A DNA stretch of 64,000 bases from Candidatus Latescibacterota bacterium. Its GTDB lineage: Bacteria; Latescibacterota; UBA2968; UBA8231. A program made the position numbers and the translations under genes. The notes beneath the pieces were generated by a model. The model was not told the origin of the DNA. It made no database searches and worked only from the letters and a program-made list of their open reading frames with translations. The stretch spans positions 544,001 through 608,000 of the forward strand of contig CBDAOB010000003.1 of assembly GCA_965197905.1 (NCBI GenBank), in the 5' to 3' direction. How positions within the stretch are numbered: position 1 is the first letter of the stretch; each line of letters begins with the position of its first letter. Positions 38,562 through 47,296 of this stretch are shown piece after piece.

Positions 38562-39344
38562 ATGAACGAAAATCAGCGGGTCCCGATTCTGGTCTACCAC
38601 CACGTCTATTGCGAGGGTGAGCCGGAGTTGAAGTTTGTCGGTGATGGGGCCGGTATCATCGGTGAGGAAGAGTTTCGCGCACAGATTCAGTACGTGTCCG
38701 ATAATGGCTGGTCTGTGGTTTCCACGTCGCAGGTTGCCGACTGGCTTTTGGGGGAGGGTGACCTGCCAGAGCGATCTGCGGTGTTGCATTTCGACAACGG
38801 CTGGTCGGATACGATTGAAGTCGCCTTCCCGATTCTCGAAGGACTGGGCATGACAGGAACCTGTTTCCCGATCACCGACGGCATCGAGGCCACCTCCGCG
38901 GGGGGCACGGCCGCCGTGCGCACCTTAACTGAAGGTGTAGTGAGCAAACCGTTCATGACCTGGGATCAACTGCAACAGCTGCTGGATGCCGGCTGGGAAA
39001 TCGGGGGGCACACCGCCACTCATTGCAAGGTTGCCGACAAACACGAAACCGACGGCGACGCCGGCGTCGTCGAGGAAGTCCGGTTATCCAGCGAGCTCTT
39101 CGAACGGCATCTCGATCATCGTCCGGTTCATTTCGCCTACCCCAGCGGCTCGCGCAACGATGCGACCGATCGCGTCCTGGCCGAGTTCTACCGGACGCTG
39201 CGGTTGTGGCACGTGGAAGATCCAATCGAATGGAGCTTTACCGATCGCAGCACCTCTCTGCAGGCGATCGATTGTCAGAATATCGATTTGAAGGTCCCAT
39301 TCCCAGAGTTCACGCGAATTTTTGAAGAAGCTGGAGTCCCATGA
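38562..39344 (+). CDS. Polysaccharide deacetylase family protein
   Basis: PILVYHH, LHFDNG, EIGGHTATH, FAYPSG. Confidence 0.88.
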   Translation: MNENQRVPILVYHHVYCEGEPELKFVGDGAGIIGEEEFRAQIQYVSDNGWSVVSTSQVADWLLGEGDLPERSAVLHFDNGWSDTIEVAFPILEGLGMTGTCFPITDGIEATSAGGTAAVRTLTEGVVSKPFMTWDQLQQLLDAGWEIGGHTATHCKVADKHETDGDAGVVEEVRLSSELFERHLDHRPVHFAYPSGSRNDATDRVLAEFYRTLRLWHVEDPIEWSFTDRSTSLQAIDCQNIDLKVPFPEFTRIFEEAGVP

Positions 39345-40207
39345 AAAAACGAAGGATTCTACTGACCGGAGCAGCCGGTTATCTGGCCGGACGTATGTTA
39401 TCCCAGCTGGGCGAACGCTACGACCTGGTTTTGTTGGATCGCAAGACGGAAAACCGGGAGGGCGACGAAGTGCCCGGGGTTGAGGTGGTGGATCTGATCG
39501 ACCGGAACCGCGACAACTACCGTCAGTTTTTCCGCAGCGCGGACGCGGTGGTTCACTGCGGGTTCACCCGCGAGCCCGATCCGAATGCCTATTGGGGCGA
39601 GGCGGACAACATCAACATGGCTTACAACGTCTACCACACCTGCGTTGAAGAGAAGGTGAAGCCCGTGGTCTGTTTCAGCTCAAACCATGCCACCGATTTC
39701 TACGAGCGGCTACTTTGGGAGAATAAGATCGGCTTCATCACCCCGGATCTCCCGCCTCTGTCTGATAACTTCTACGGCTGGGCGAAGGGGGCGTACGAAG
39801 GGCTCGGCTTCGTCTTCGCCACTGGCAAGATCGGCGGCGTGAAGCTGGAGGTCCTCCAGCTCAGAATCGGGGGTCCGCGGGAGACCGACATCGATGACTT
39901 CCGCACCAGGAATGCCGGCCTGGGTGGAGATTTGAAAAGCCTACACCGCGCCCTGGGGGCCTATCTGAGCGTGCGCGACCAGGTGCAGCTGGTGGTCAAG
40001 AGCCTCGAAACGGAGAACATCGACAACGAGCACGGGATCCCGTTTCAGGCGTTCTACGGTATCAGCGGCAACTCTCACAACTTCTGGTGCCTTGCCAATG
40101 CTCGCGAAGTGATCGGCTATGCGCCGGAAGACAACAGCCAGATCCGTTTCGCCGACAAACTCTCCTCCATTCTCGTGGAGGCTCAAGCCGAGGCGGACAC
40201 CCCATGA
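39341..40207 (+). CDS. NAD-dependent epimerase / uronate dehydrogenase-like oxidoreductase
   Basis: LLTGAAGYLA, SSNHA, YGWAK, LRIG, YGISGN. Confidence 0.85.
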   Translation: MKKRRILLTGAAGYLAGRMLSQLGERYDLVLLDRKTENREGDEVPGVEVVDLIDRNRDNYRQFFRSADAVVHCGFTREPDPNAYWGEADNINMAYNVYHTCVEEKVKPVVCFSSNHATDFYERLLWENKIGFITPDLPPLSDNFYGWAKGAYEGLGFVFATGKIGGVKLEVLQLRIGGPRETDIDDFRTRNAGLGGDLKSLHRALGAYLSVRDQVQLVVKSLETENIDNEHGIPFQAFYGISGNSHNFWCLANAREVIGYAPEDNSQIRFADKLSSILVEAQAEADTP

Positions 40208-41463
40208 ACTCGAGCGCAAAAGTAAAGAGCGTTGAACGTTTCCTGGTGCAGATCCCCATCATCGATCGCGTGCGGCGGGAGATGGAACGGGCCGACATCC
40301 ACACCTGGTCCGAGCTGGAAATGACCCGGGTGGAAACCGACGGGGGCATCGTCGGCTGGGGTGAAACGGTGCAGAACTACACCTGGGGACGGGTGAGCGA
40401 AGAAGAGCGCGCCATCGGGCGCCCGCCGGCGGAGCTGATGTGGGACGATTCTCTCGGAGCCGGTCTGCAGATGGCGCTCCTGGATGCAGCGGGCAAACTG
40501 GCCGGCGTCCCGGTCTACCGGCTGCTGGGCGCCAAGTGCCGTGACTGGTGCGCCATATCCTTCTGGGATCATGACATGTCCCCTGAACTTTATGCCAGGG
40601 AAGCAGTGGAGTCGGTGAACCTGGGCTACACCTGCATGAAGATCAAGACACGTCCGTGGCACGATGTGCGGGAGACCATCCGACAGATCAGCGACGCTAC
40701 CCCCGACCACTTCCACATCGACGCAGACTGGAACGGATTCCTCAACAACGCCTCCAACGCAGTGCCAGTGCTCAGGGAGCTGGAGCAGGCGTTTCCCAAG
40801 ATCAAGATCTTCGAGGACCCGATTCCGCGGAACGATGCCCCCGGGAATCGTTTCTTGCGCACCCAGATCGAAAGCGCCATCGCTCATCACTACGGGTCCA
40901 TTCCGGCGCGCACGGGGCTGGAAATGGGTGGCGTGTGCGATGGGTGGGTCATCGGCGGCGGGGTGTCCCGGATCACCCGCGACGCCCACGTAGCAGCGGA
41001 GGCCAACATGCCGTTTTTCCTACAGATGGTGGGTGCCGGCCCCACCACCACCCTATCGCTGCATTTGAGCGCGGTTCTCACCCATGCCCAATGGCCCACC
41101 GTCACCTGCCACGAGCTCTACGAACACAGCCTGCTGACCTCGCGCATTCCGGTGGTGGGCGGGCACGCTCGCGTGCCGGAGGGACCGGGCCTCGGTATCG
41201 AGATCGACGAAGCTGCGCTGGACCGCTATCGGGTTGAAGAGGCGGATCATTCCCTGCCCCACCGCCTGATCAAGCTGACCCGACCCGGAGGCGTCAACCT
41301 GTACTTTGCGACCCAACGCCAGATGTGGGAGTTCTTCGAGCTCGGCAACCAGCCGGTGGACGACTGGGGCTGCATCACGGAGCTGCTGGACGACGATGGC
41401 AGCGCCGAGTTCGACGACCTGCACCGGCGCGCTCCGGAATCGCCGGTCCTCGTCGGCCCCTGA
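40204..41463 (+). CDS. Mandelate racemase/muconate lactonizing (enolase superfamily) enzyme
   Basis: ATGA overlap with the upstream gene; GWGET, ALLDAAGK, KIK, DAD, FEDP, VPEGPGLGIEID. Confidence 0.88.
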   Translation: MNSSAKVKSVERFLVQIPIIDRVRREMERADIHTWSELEMTRVETDGGIVGWGETVQNYTWGRVSEEERAIGRPPAELMWDDSLGAGLQMALLDAAGKLAGVPVYRLLGAKCRDWCAISFWDHDMSPELYAREAVESVNLGYTCMKIKTRPWHDVRETIRQISDATPDHFHIDADWNGFLNNASNAVPVLRELEQAFPKIKIFEDPIPRNDAPGNRFLRTQIESAIAHHYGSIPARTGLEMGGVCDGWVIGGGVSRITRDAHVAAEANMPFFLQMVGAGPTTTLSLHLSAVLTHAQWPTVTCHELYEHSLLTSRIPVVGGHARVPEGPGLGIEIDEAALDRYRVEEADHSLPHRLIKLTRPGGVNLYFATQRQMWEFFELGNQPVDDWGCITELLDDDGSAEFDDLHRRAPESPVLVGP

Positions 41464-41542
41464 GCGATTGCGGTCGCAGGGTACTCACCCTATCATCAAT
41501 TGTGCGTGTCCTTTTCCAGCCCGACGTCGATTTCGAGAGATC

Positions 41543-42442
41543 ATGAGCGCTAGCGATCGAAAACCGGTCATCGCCCCCTGCCCCGAGCAGCTCGAGCAGT
41601 CAGACATCGACCAATTTTACCAGCAGGGCTATCTGGCTTTCCAAGAGGTGTTGAGTCGGGAAGAAGTAGACGAAGCCAGAGAGGCCGTGAGTGGCATTAC
41701 CAGAGATCTGTTGAGGCGCGCCCACTCTGGTCAAACCCAGATCGAAGACGCTAGCAAGGTCGCGACGCAGAACTACTCTGGCATCCAAGTCGTGGATCCG
41801 GACAGCGGATTTGGTATCTACTTCGAAGAGGGAGTCGACCCCCTAGCATTGTCGCCTGAAGAGGCGGAAACGAAGTACCGCAAACTGTCGGGTTACCACC
41901 AGGAGCATCCGGCACTGGTCGCCCTCGTCAAGCACCGTCGAATCAAGGGATTCGTCGAACAGCTTCTAGGTGAAGAATCGGTGATGCAGGCGGACATGGC
42001 GCTGTGCAAACCGCCGTTTATAGGTTCGGAAAAACCGTGGCATCAGGACAATGCCTACTTCAACTTCCTGCCCTTGGAAAAGCGGGCTACAGCCTGGGTG
42101 GCCTTGGACGACGCGACGATCGAAAACGGCTGTATGCACATGCTGCCCGGCAGCTACACACCGTTGCGGCACCACCACACGACCGACTGTGAGATTGTTG
42201 CGGACCGGATCGACAAATCGCAGGCGGTTCCGGTGGAGCTCCGCGCCGGAGGGGTGATCTACTTCACGGCAATGATTCCGCACCAGACCCCTCCCAACCG
42301 AACCCCTCATCGGCGGCGGGCTCTGCAGTTTCAGTTTCGCGGGATCAGCACAAGGGAGGTTTCCAGGCAGGAGTTCGGCAAGGTGTTCGCCGAAGCGGAC
42401 GGCTCCCCCGCCACCTGCGCCCTGGCCCGCGAGAACGGCTGA
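41543..42442 (+). CDS. Phytanoyl-CoA dioxygenase family oxygenase
   Basis: KPPFIGSEKPWHQD, WVALDDATIENGC, PHQTPPN. Confidence 0.92.
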   Translation: MSASDRKPVIAPCPEQLEQSDIDQFYQQGYLAFQEVLSREEVDEAREAVSGITRDLLRRAHSGQTQIEDASKVATQNYSGIQVVDPDSGFGIYFEEGVDPLALSPEEAETKYRKLSGYHQEHPALVALVKHRRIKGFVEQLLGEESVMQADMALCKPPFIGSEKPWHQDNAYFNFLPLEKRATAWVALDDATIENGCMHMLPGSYTPLRHHHTTDCEIVADRIDKSQAVPVELRAGGVIYFTAMIPHQTPPNRTPHRRRALQFQFRGISTREVSRQEFGKVFAEADGSPATCALARENG

Positions 42443-42444
42443 GC

Positions 42445-43341
42445 TCAGTCGTTCTCGGTCTTCACCTCCGTCAGCGCTTCCCGATCCTCTTGCTTCCACT
42501 TTTCCCAACGACCTTGGTCGGGTTCCTGAAAACCGCTGTTGGCACGTGCCTGCAGATGGTCGTCCGCGCCCAGTAGCCGCAGAGCCCGATGGTCCTTGCG
42601 CTCGCGGGCCCAGTGAATCAGCTGGCGGCAGTTGGGTCCGTCGAAGGTGTCGGTCTGTTTGAGCCAGGTGAGATTGTAATAGACGCTGAAGAAGAACCGG
42701 CGCTTGCCCGAGGTGTTGGGCGTGCCGGCGTGCAGCAGGCGGTTGTGGGTCAGCACCACGTCTCCCGCCTTCATATATACCACCAGCTCGTCCGGATGCG
42801 GTCGCATCTTCATTTCCTCTGGCACTTCCACCGGGTTGATGTGCGAGCCCGGAATCATCCGCAGAGGACCGTAATCGTCGGTGAGATCCTGGAGGTAGCA
42901 GATGGCGTTCATGGAGAGCGGACGCTCGTACTGACCGGTTGCCATGCCCCCCCAGCGGTCGCGATGCCAGTGGGAGGTTCGGCCCTCCGCCTCCTCTTTG
43001 GGCACCGAGGGAAAGGCGGCCAGGGTCAAGTTGTCCAGCTGCACGAACGGACCTACGACCTCCTCGGCGAAATCCAGGATGAGCGGATTGCTCAGCGCCG
43101 GCCACATGAGCGACGGCGACCGTTCCAGCATGTTTCCGAACCACCAGCTCAGCTTCTGCGCGTGAATCCCCGTCGAGGACTCCTCCAGTCGCAGCGCCTC
43201 CCTGCGCCAGCCCTGCATCTGCCCTTCGCTGTACACCCCTTCGAAGATGGTGTAGCCGTTTTTCTTGTATTCCTGCAGACGGGCGCTGTCGCCGGAGCCG
43301 GCGTTGTTCTCGACCGTGCACTTGGTAGCGGTGCTTGACAT
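42445..43341 (-). CDS. Phytanoyl-CoA dioxygenase family oxygenase
   Basis: WHRD, YLQDLT, IPGSH, LLHAGTPN. Confidence 0.9.
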   Translation of the reverse strand: MSSTATKCTVENNAGSGDSARLQEYKKNGYTIFEGVYSEGQMQGWRREALRLEESSTGIHAQKLSWWFGNMLERSPSLMWPALSNPLILDFAEEVVGPFVQLDNLTLAAFPSVPKEEAEGRTSHWHRDRWGGMATGQYERPLSMNAICYLQDLTDDYGPLRMIPGSHINPVEVPEEMKMRPHPDELVVYMKAGDVVLTHNRLLHAGTPNTSGKRRFFFSVYYNLTWLKQTDTFDGPNCRQLIHWARERKDHRALRLLGADDHLQARANSGFQEPDQGRWEKWKQEDREALTEVKTEND

Positions 43342-43353
43342 TGCGGGTCGAAC

Positions 43354-44223
43354 CTACGCCTTGTCGCTCTCCACCAGATTTCCAGCAACATGTACCGGTC
43401 GGTACAAGGTCTGCCTCTTGGGAGGCATCGCCGCAACCAGCTCGGGAGGTGGATCCCAGTCGTGCCACTTGCTGTTTACCGTGTTGTAGCAGCTGAAGAT
43501 GGCGATCCGGGGCCGATCGGCATCGATCCAGGGCCGCGCGCTGTGCGTGAGCGCCTCTGTGAACAGGATCAGCGAACCCTCAGGACAGGTGTAGGAGTCC
43601 CAGATCGGTGAATCGGGCGACCACACCGCCTCCGGGGCCGGATAAACCGCTTTGTGACTCCCGGTTATCAACAGGGTGCCATTGCCCTCCGTCACGGGAT
43701 TCAACTCCCACACAACCCGGGTCAGCCCGGAGTTTGCTTTTCCGGGTATGCAGCGATACAGATGCGAATCCCCCGGTAACCGAAACATGCCGTTGCCGTT
43801 GTGCGGTTGGAAGTTGCCGTCGCCGACTTCGCGGTAGAATACCTTGGCCGACTCCTGACGAAAGCCATAACATTCCTGGCTGGAGAGCCCGGGGTAAGCG
43901 ACGAACTCGTTCATGAAGCCGACCACAATCGGATGATCCGTCAACTCTTGCAACGGTCCGGCAATGGCGCAGCGCTCGTGTTCGGGCAACGATTCGGGAT
44001 CGTGGTGCAGCTGCTCGCCGAAGGCTCTCATGTCCGCGCACTCGGAGGCCGACAAGACTCCCGGTAGCAGCAGCCAGCCGCGCATGTCGAAGAGATACTT
44101 CTGCTCTTCGCTTGGAGCTACGGCGGGAATCCCGGCGGAATTGGTCTTCGGAAGGTCTGCATCCTCCTCATTCCACCTTGCACCGAGATTTTTGTCGATT
44201 ACGAAAGCTTGGCTAGTAGGCAT
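43354..44223 (-). CDS. PhyH-like Fe/2OG enzyme with HxG motif
   Basis: QKYLFDMRGWL, PHNG, VVWEL, ITGSHK, FTEALTH. Confidence 0.85.
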   Translation of the reverse strand: MPTSQAFVIDKNLGARWNEEDADLPKTNSAGIPAVAPSEEQKYLFDMRGWLLLPGVLSASECADMRAFGEQLHHDPESLPEHERCAIAGPLQELTDHPIVVGFMNEFVAYPGLSSQECYGFRQESAKVFYREVGDGNFQPHNGNGMFRLPGDSHLYRCIPGKANSGLTRVVWELNPVTEGNGTLLITGSHKAVYPAPEAVWSPDSPIWDSYTCPEGSLILFTEALTHSARPWIDADRPRIAIFSCYNTVNSKWHDWDPPPELVAAMPPKRQTLYRPVHVAGNLVESDKA

Positions 44224-44241
44224 GATCGTTCTGTTCGGATG

Positions 44242-44508
44242 TCATGCGTTTTGGCGCAGGTGCGCCCGCATTTTTTGCACCAGTGTCTCGTCGTCCGGAG
44301 ACGACAACACCATCTCGAAAAAATCGTCTGACGGAATCCCCACTTCCTCCAGGAAGCGCTGGTCAGCCCCTCACGGAAAGACGTACTCGCCGATGCGGCC
44401 TGCTTTGATGGCTCGAACCTTGTCGGCGATACGCGCCAGCCATGGGATGTCGCCGGTCACCAGGCCACGGGCACGCGGTCTGAAATCCAGGCTGTTCGAT
44501 TCGTTCAT
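44242..44508 (-). CDS. DUF5069-like small protein with in-frame TGA at codon 46; candidate selenoprotein (88 aa)
   Basis: GAGGAG RBS. Reads MNESNSLDFRPRARGLVTGDIPWLARIADKVRAIKAGRIGEYVFP-(TGA)-GADQRFLEEVGIPSDDFFEMVLSSPDDETLVQKMRAHLRQNA, with family-like sequence on both sides of the TGA. Confidence 0.85.
44328..44366 (-). promoter_or_regulatory. Putative bacterial SECIS element
   Basis: After the UGA: GGGG CUGAC CAG CGCUUCC UGGA GGAAGUG GGGAUUCC GUCAG. This gives a 7-bp upper stem, a G-containing tetraloop 19 nt after the UGA, and a 5-bp lower stem. Confidence 0.75.
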
Positions 44509-44509
44509 G

Positions 44510-45610
44510 TTATTTCTCCTCGTCAAGTCCGGCTAGCGCCGCAATGGATCTCCTGAATCCGGTGCACAGCGGATCGTCGCTGAGCGGTCTGGCGACCGCT
44601 TCGGTCAGTTGCCGCAGCCGCCACCGGGGCCGACGCCAAACAGCGAGCAGGGCCCGATTGGCGGGTTTGTCCGGATTGTCCAGAGCAGCGGCAAGCATGG
44701 CGAACGCGTTGAGATTAAAGTGGAGGTGGTGGCCGTCCAATGCCAGCGCCCTTCCGCAGCGGTCGTCGGGATTCCTGGCGGCGTAGAAACCGGCAGATTC
44801 GCGCGTAATCAATCCCACAAACTGACCCTCGTCGTACCCCGCGCCCAGGCTCGTTCCGTACTGCACCAGTCTGCGTTCCGGCCAATCCCAACCGATTTTG
44901 GCGAACTCGATGAAACAGGGCCGGTGTGTGTTTTCCTCAACGACGATATTCCGGGCGTTGTAGTCCATACACCCCAGGGTTGGGAGACGCGAGCCAAGCC
45001 GCTCGTTGATGGCGCGCAAGAGATCGATCAGATGCCGGATCTCTGCTCCGGTCGCACCCAACCGTCGTGCGAGATTGTCCACACCTTCTTCAGCGCCCAG
45101 CAACGACCCCCCATCCCTCGATGTCAGCTGGCGGCGTGTTCCCGCCGGGGATGTCAGGGGGATGAGCTCTCTGCGCCGTGCGGCAAAAGCAGACTCGATC
45201 TCACAGAAACCATCGATGACGGATCTATTCAGTTCCGCGCTCGCGGCCGGAATAGTCTGACAGAGATCGTCGATGGTCGACCGGCCGCGGTGCTCGAAAA
45301 AGATGAATCGGGTATCCGGAACTGTGCCCAACACGCGCGGCACCGGGCAGTTCGCCGCCGCGAGCAGTTCCAGCACCTTTTCTTCCACCGCCAGCAGGTC
45401 GTCGGGTGGACCGGCGCAATCTGCAAACACCTGGTGCTTGGCGACCACCCGTTCGCCACCCACCATCTCCACGTCCCAGACTCCAGCTGAGATTTCGGCG
45501 ATTCGAGCTACGGCCGGCGTCTCCGGAAAACAGGCTGGAACCCGAACTCGCAAGTAACCCTCGACGGAGCTCGGCGTTATCCGAGGTTCGGTATGTGGAA
45601 GGCAGTTCAC
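44510..45610 (-). CDS. Aminoglycoside phosphotransferase/kinase-like protein
   Basis: VVAK, E..VL..L, PVPRVL, MDYNARN (Brenner-like), FIEFAKIGWD. Confidence 0.7.
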   Translation of the reverse strand: MNCLPHTEPRITPSSVEGYLRVRVPACFPETPAVARIAEISAGVWDVEMVGGERVVAKHQVFADCAGPPDDLLAVEEKVLELLAAANCPVPRVLGTVPDTRFIFFEHRGRSTIDDLCQTIPAASAELNRSVIDGFCEIESAFAARRRELIPLTSPAGTRRQLTSRDGGSLLGAEEGVDNLARRLGATGAEIRHLIDLLRAINERLGSRLPTLGCMDYNARNIVVEENTHRPCFIEFAKIGWDWPERRLVQYGTSLGAGYDEGQFVGLITRESAGFYAARNPDDRCGRALALDGHHLHFNLNAFAMLAAALDNPDKPANRALLAVWRRPRWRLRQLTEAVARPLSDDPLCTGFRRSIAALAGLDEEK

Positions 45611-45981
45611 GGATCGTCGAAAAGGATAACGTGGGAGGTGAGCTTTCCAGCCTGATTGTTGTAGAGTGGATTTTCGTTCATGGCCAGGTGGAGAACTCCT
45701 TCCTGTTCCGATATGAAATCATGGCGGCTGCCGACCGCGAACACCGGATAGTCGCCGATGCGGGCGATCAGAGCGCCCACATTGGTTCCCGGTAAGAGAT
45801 ACTCGGCCCCGGCAGTGTGGTTGTATACGCCGTCTGCCCCGCACCAGACGATCTGATTGCGCATGTCCGGTGACCAGACTTCCTCGGTGTCGATCACGAC
45901 CCGCTGTCCTGCACGGATGCGGATCAAGGTGTCCTGCCATTCCGGACTCGGTCGCACGGTGCGAGCAATGGTAACTGCCAC
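45607..45981 (-). CDS. Small beta-sandwich protein, LecA/PA-IL-like
   Basis: WQDT.I.I.AGQRV, GALIARIG..PVFAVG, GVLHLAMNE...NNQAG; no signal peptide. Confidence 0.7.
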   Translation of the reverse strand: MAVTIARTVRPSPEWQDTLIRIRAGQRVVIDTEEVWSPDMRNQIVWCGADGVYNHTAGAEYLLPGTNVGALIARIGDYPVFAVGSRHDFISEQEGVLHLAMNENPLYNNQAGKLTSHVILFDDP

Positions 45982-46104
45982 GATTCCTGCGTTCGGGTGT
46001 CGGTTCTTAGCAGGTAAAAGAAACGCCCACAGTCAATCCATTCAAGGACCGAACTGTGGGCGTATGCGTAGGTGTGGTTGTAATACCGGTTCTGTAACAG
46101 GCCG

Positions 46105-47139
46105 CTAAACGAACTGGTCGTCCGAATCGCCGCGGACGATTGTAACCTGGCCCTGTTCCTCCAACTGCCGTACTTGCTGCACGATGCGCAGCTGCACCTC
46201 TTCCACTTCGCTCAACCGCATCGGGCCCTGAAACTCCATCTCCTCGGTGATGAAGGTGCGAACCCGTTCCGACATGTTTCCCAACACCTTGTCCTTCAGT
46301 TCGTCGTCGGCACTCTTGAGCGCCACCACCAGGTCTTTCTGATCGACCTCTCGCAGCAAGGTCTGAATTTCCCGGTCTGTGAGCTTCACGATATCGGCGA
46401 ACACGAACATCAGATTTCGGACCGCCTCTGCGATCTCAGGATCTTGGGCATCCATCTGGTCCAGCACGCTCTTTTCCACGCTGGAACCGGTAAGGTTGAG
46501 GATATCGGCCACCACCTTGGGACCACCCACGTCCTGATCTCCGCCCAACATGTCGCGCAGGGACTGCTCCAGGGCTTCCTCGATCTCTTTGATCACGTTG
46601 GGGGTGATGTTCTCCATCGTCGCCAGTCGGTAGGCCACATCCGCCTGCAAGCGCTCTGGAAGCTGGGCCAGGATTCCTGCCGCCTGCGCCGAATCCAGCT
46701 GCGAGAGAATAAGCGAGATCGTCTGGGGATGCTCGTTCGAAATGAAGGGAGCGATCTGGTCGGCGGCGACGTTCTTGAGGATATAGAAACCGGAGGACAC
46801 CTTGCTCCCCACCCGTTCCATAATCTCCTGGGCACGCCGCGGTCCCACGGCGCGTTCCAGCGCCGCCCGCCCGAAATCTATACCTCCCTGCGCAATCCAC
46901 TCGCCGGCCATAAGGTGCTGCTCGAATTCCTCCAGCACCCGGTCGATTACTTCGGTCCCGATATTTTTCAGTGCCGCAATGGCCCCGGTAATCTCCTCGA
47001 TCTCGAAATCGCTGAGGTGTTTCATCACCTCACCGGAGACCTCCTCGCCCAGAGCAACCATGACGATTCCAACCTTCTGTCGTACTGGGAGTTCAGGCTC
47101 ATCGTCCTCTCCCTGTTGATCGACATCTGCTTCTGCCAT
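46105..47139 (-). CDS. fliG: Flagellar motor switch protein FliG (isolated)
   Basis: QGGIDF, EHPQTISLILS, GGPKVVADILN, MFVFAD, NMSERV, GPMRLSEVEEVQ. Confidence 0.95.
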   Translation of the reverse strand: MAEADVDQQGEDDEPELPVRQKVGIVMVALGEEVSGEVMKHLSDFEIEEITGAIAALKNIGTEVIDRVLEEFEQHLMAGEWIAQGGIDFGRAALERAVGPRRAQEIMERVGSKVSSGFYILKNVAADQIAPFISNEHPQTISLILSQLDSAQAAGILAQLPERLQADVAYRLATMENITPNVIKEIEEALEQSLRDMLGGDQDVGGPKVVADILNLTGSSVEKSVLDQMDAQDPEIAEAVRNLMFVFADIVKLTDREIQTLLREVDQKDLVVALKSADDELKDKVLGNMSERVRTFITEEMEFQGPMRLSEVEEVQLRIVQQVRQLEEQGQVTIVRGDSDDQFV

Positions 47140-47296
47140 AACCTTCGATCCTTGGTATCTGATCAACCTCGGTCACACGAGACATTCCAGGTTGATCGCA
47201 TTCATCAATATCGGGTTCTATTGTACTAAACTTCAACCAAAAATTCTATACGTATTTGGATAGGACGATTTCTACTCGAGAGAAAGGGACCGAAAA

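Noticed and set aside
46174..47229. Long antisense ORFs (also 25424-26740, 27497-28579, 54108-55040, 55785-56879) and the off-frame ORF 41966-43468
   Set aside because: They are shadows of well-supported genes in GC-rich DNA, with no motifs or RBS.
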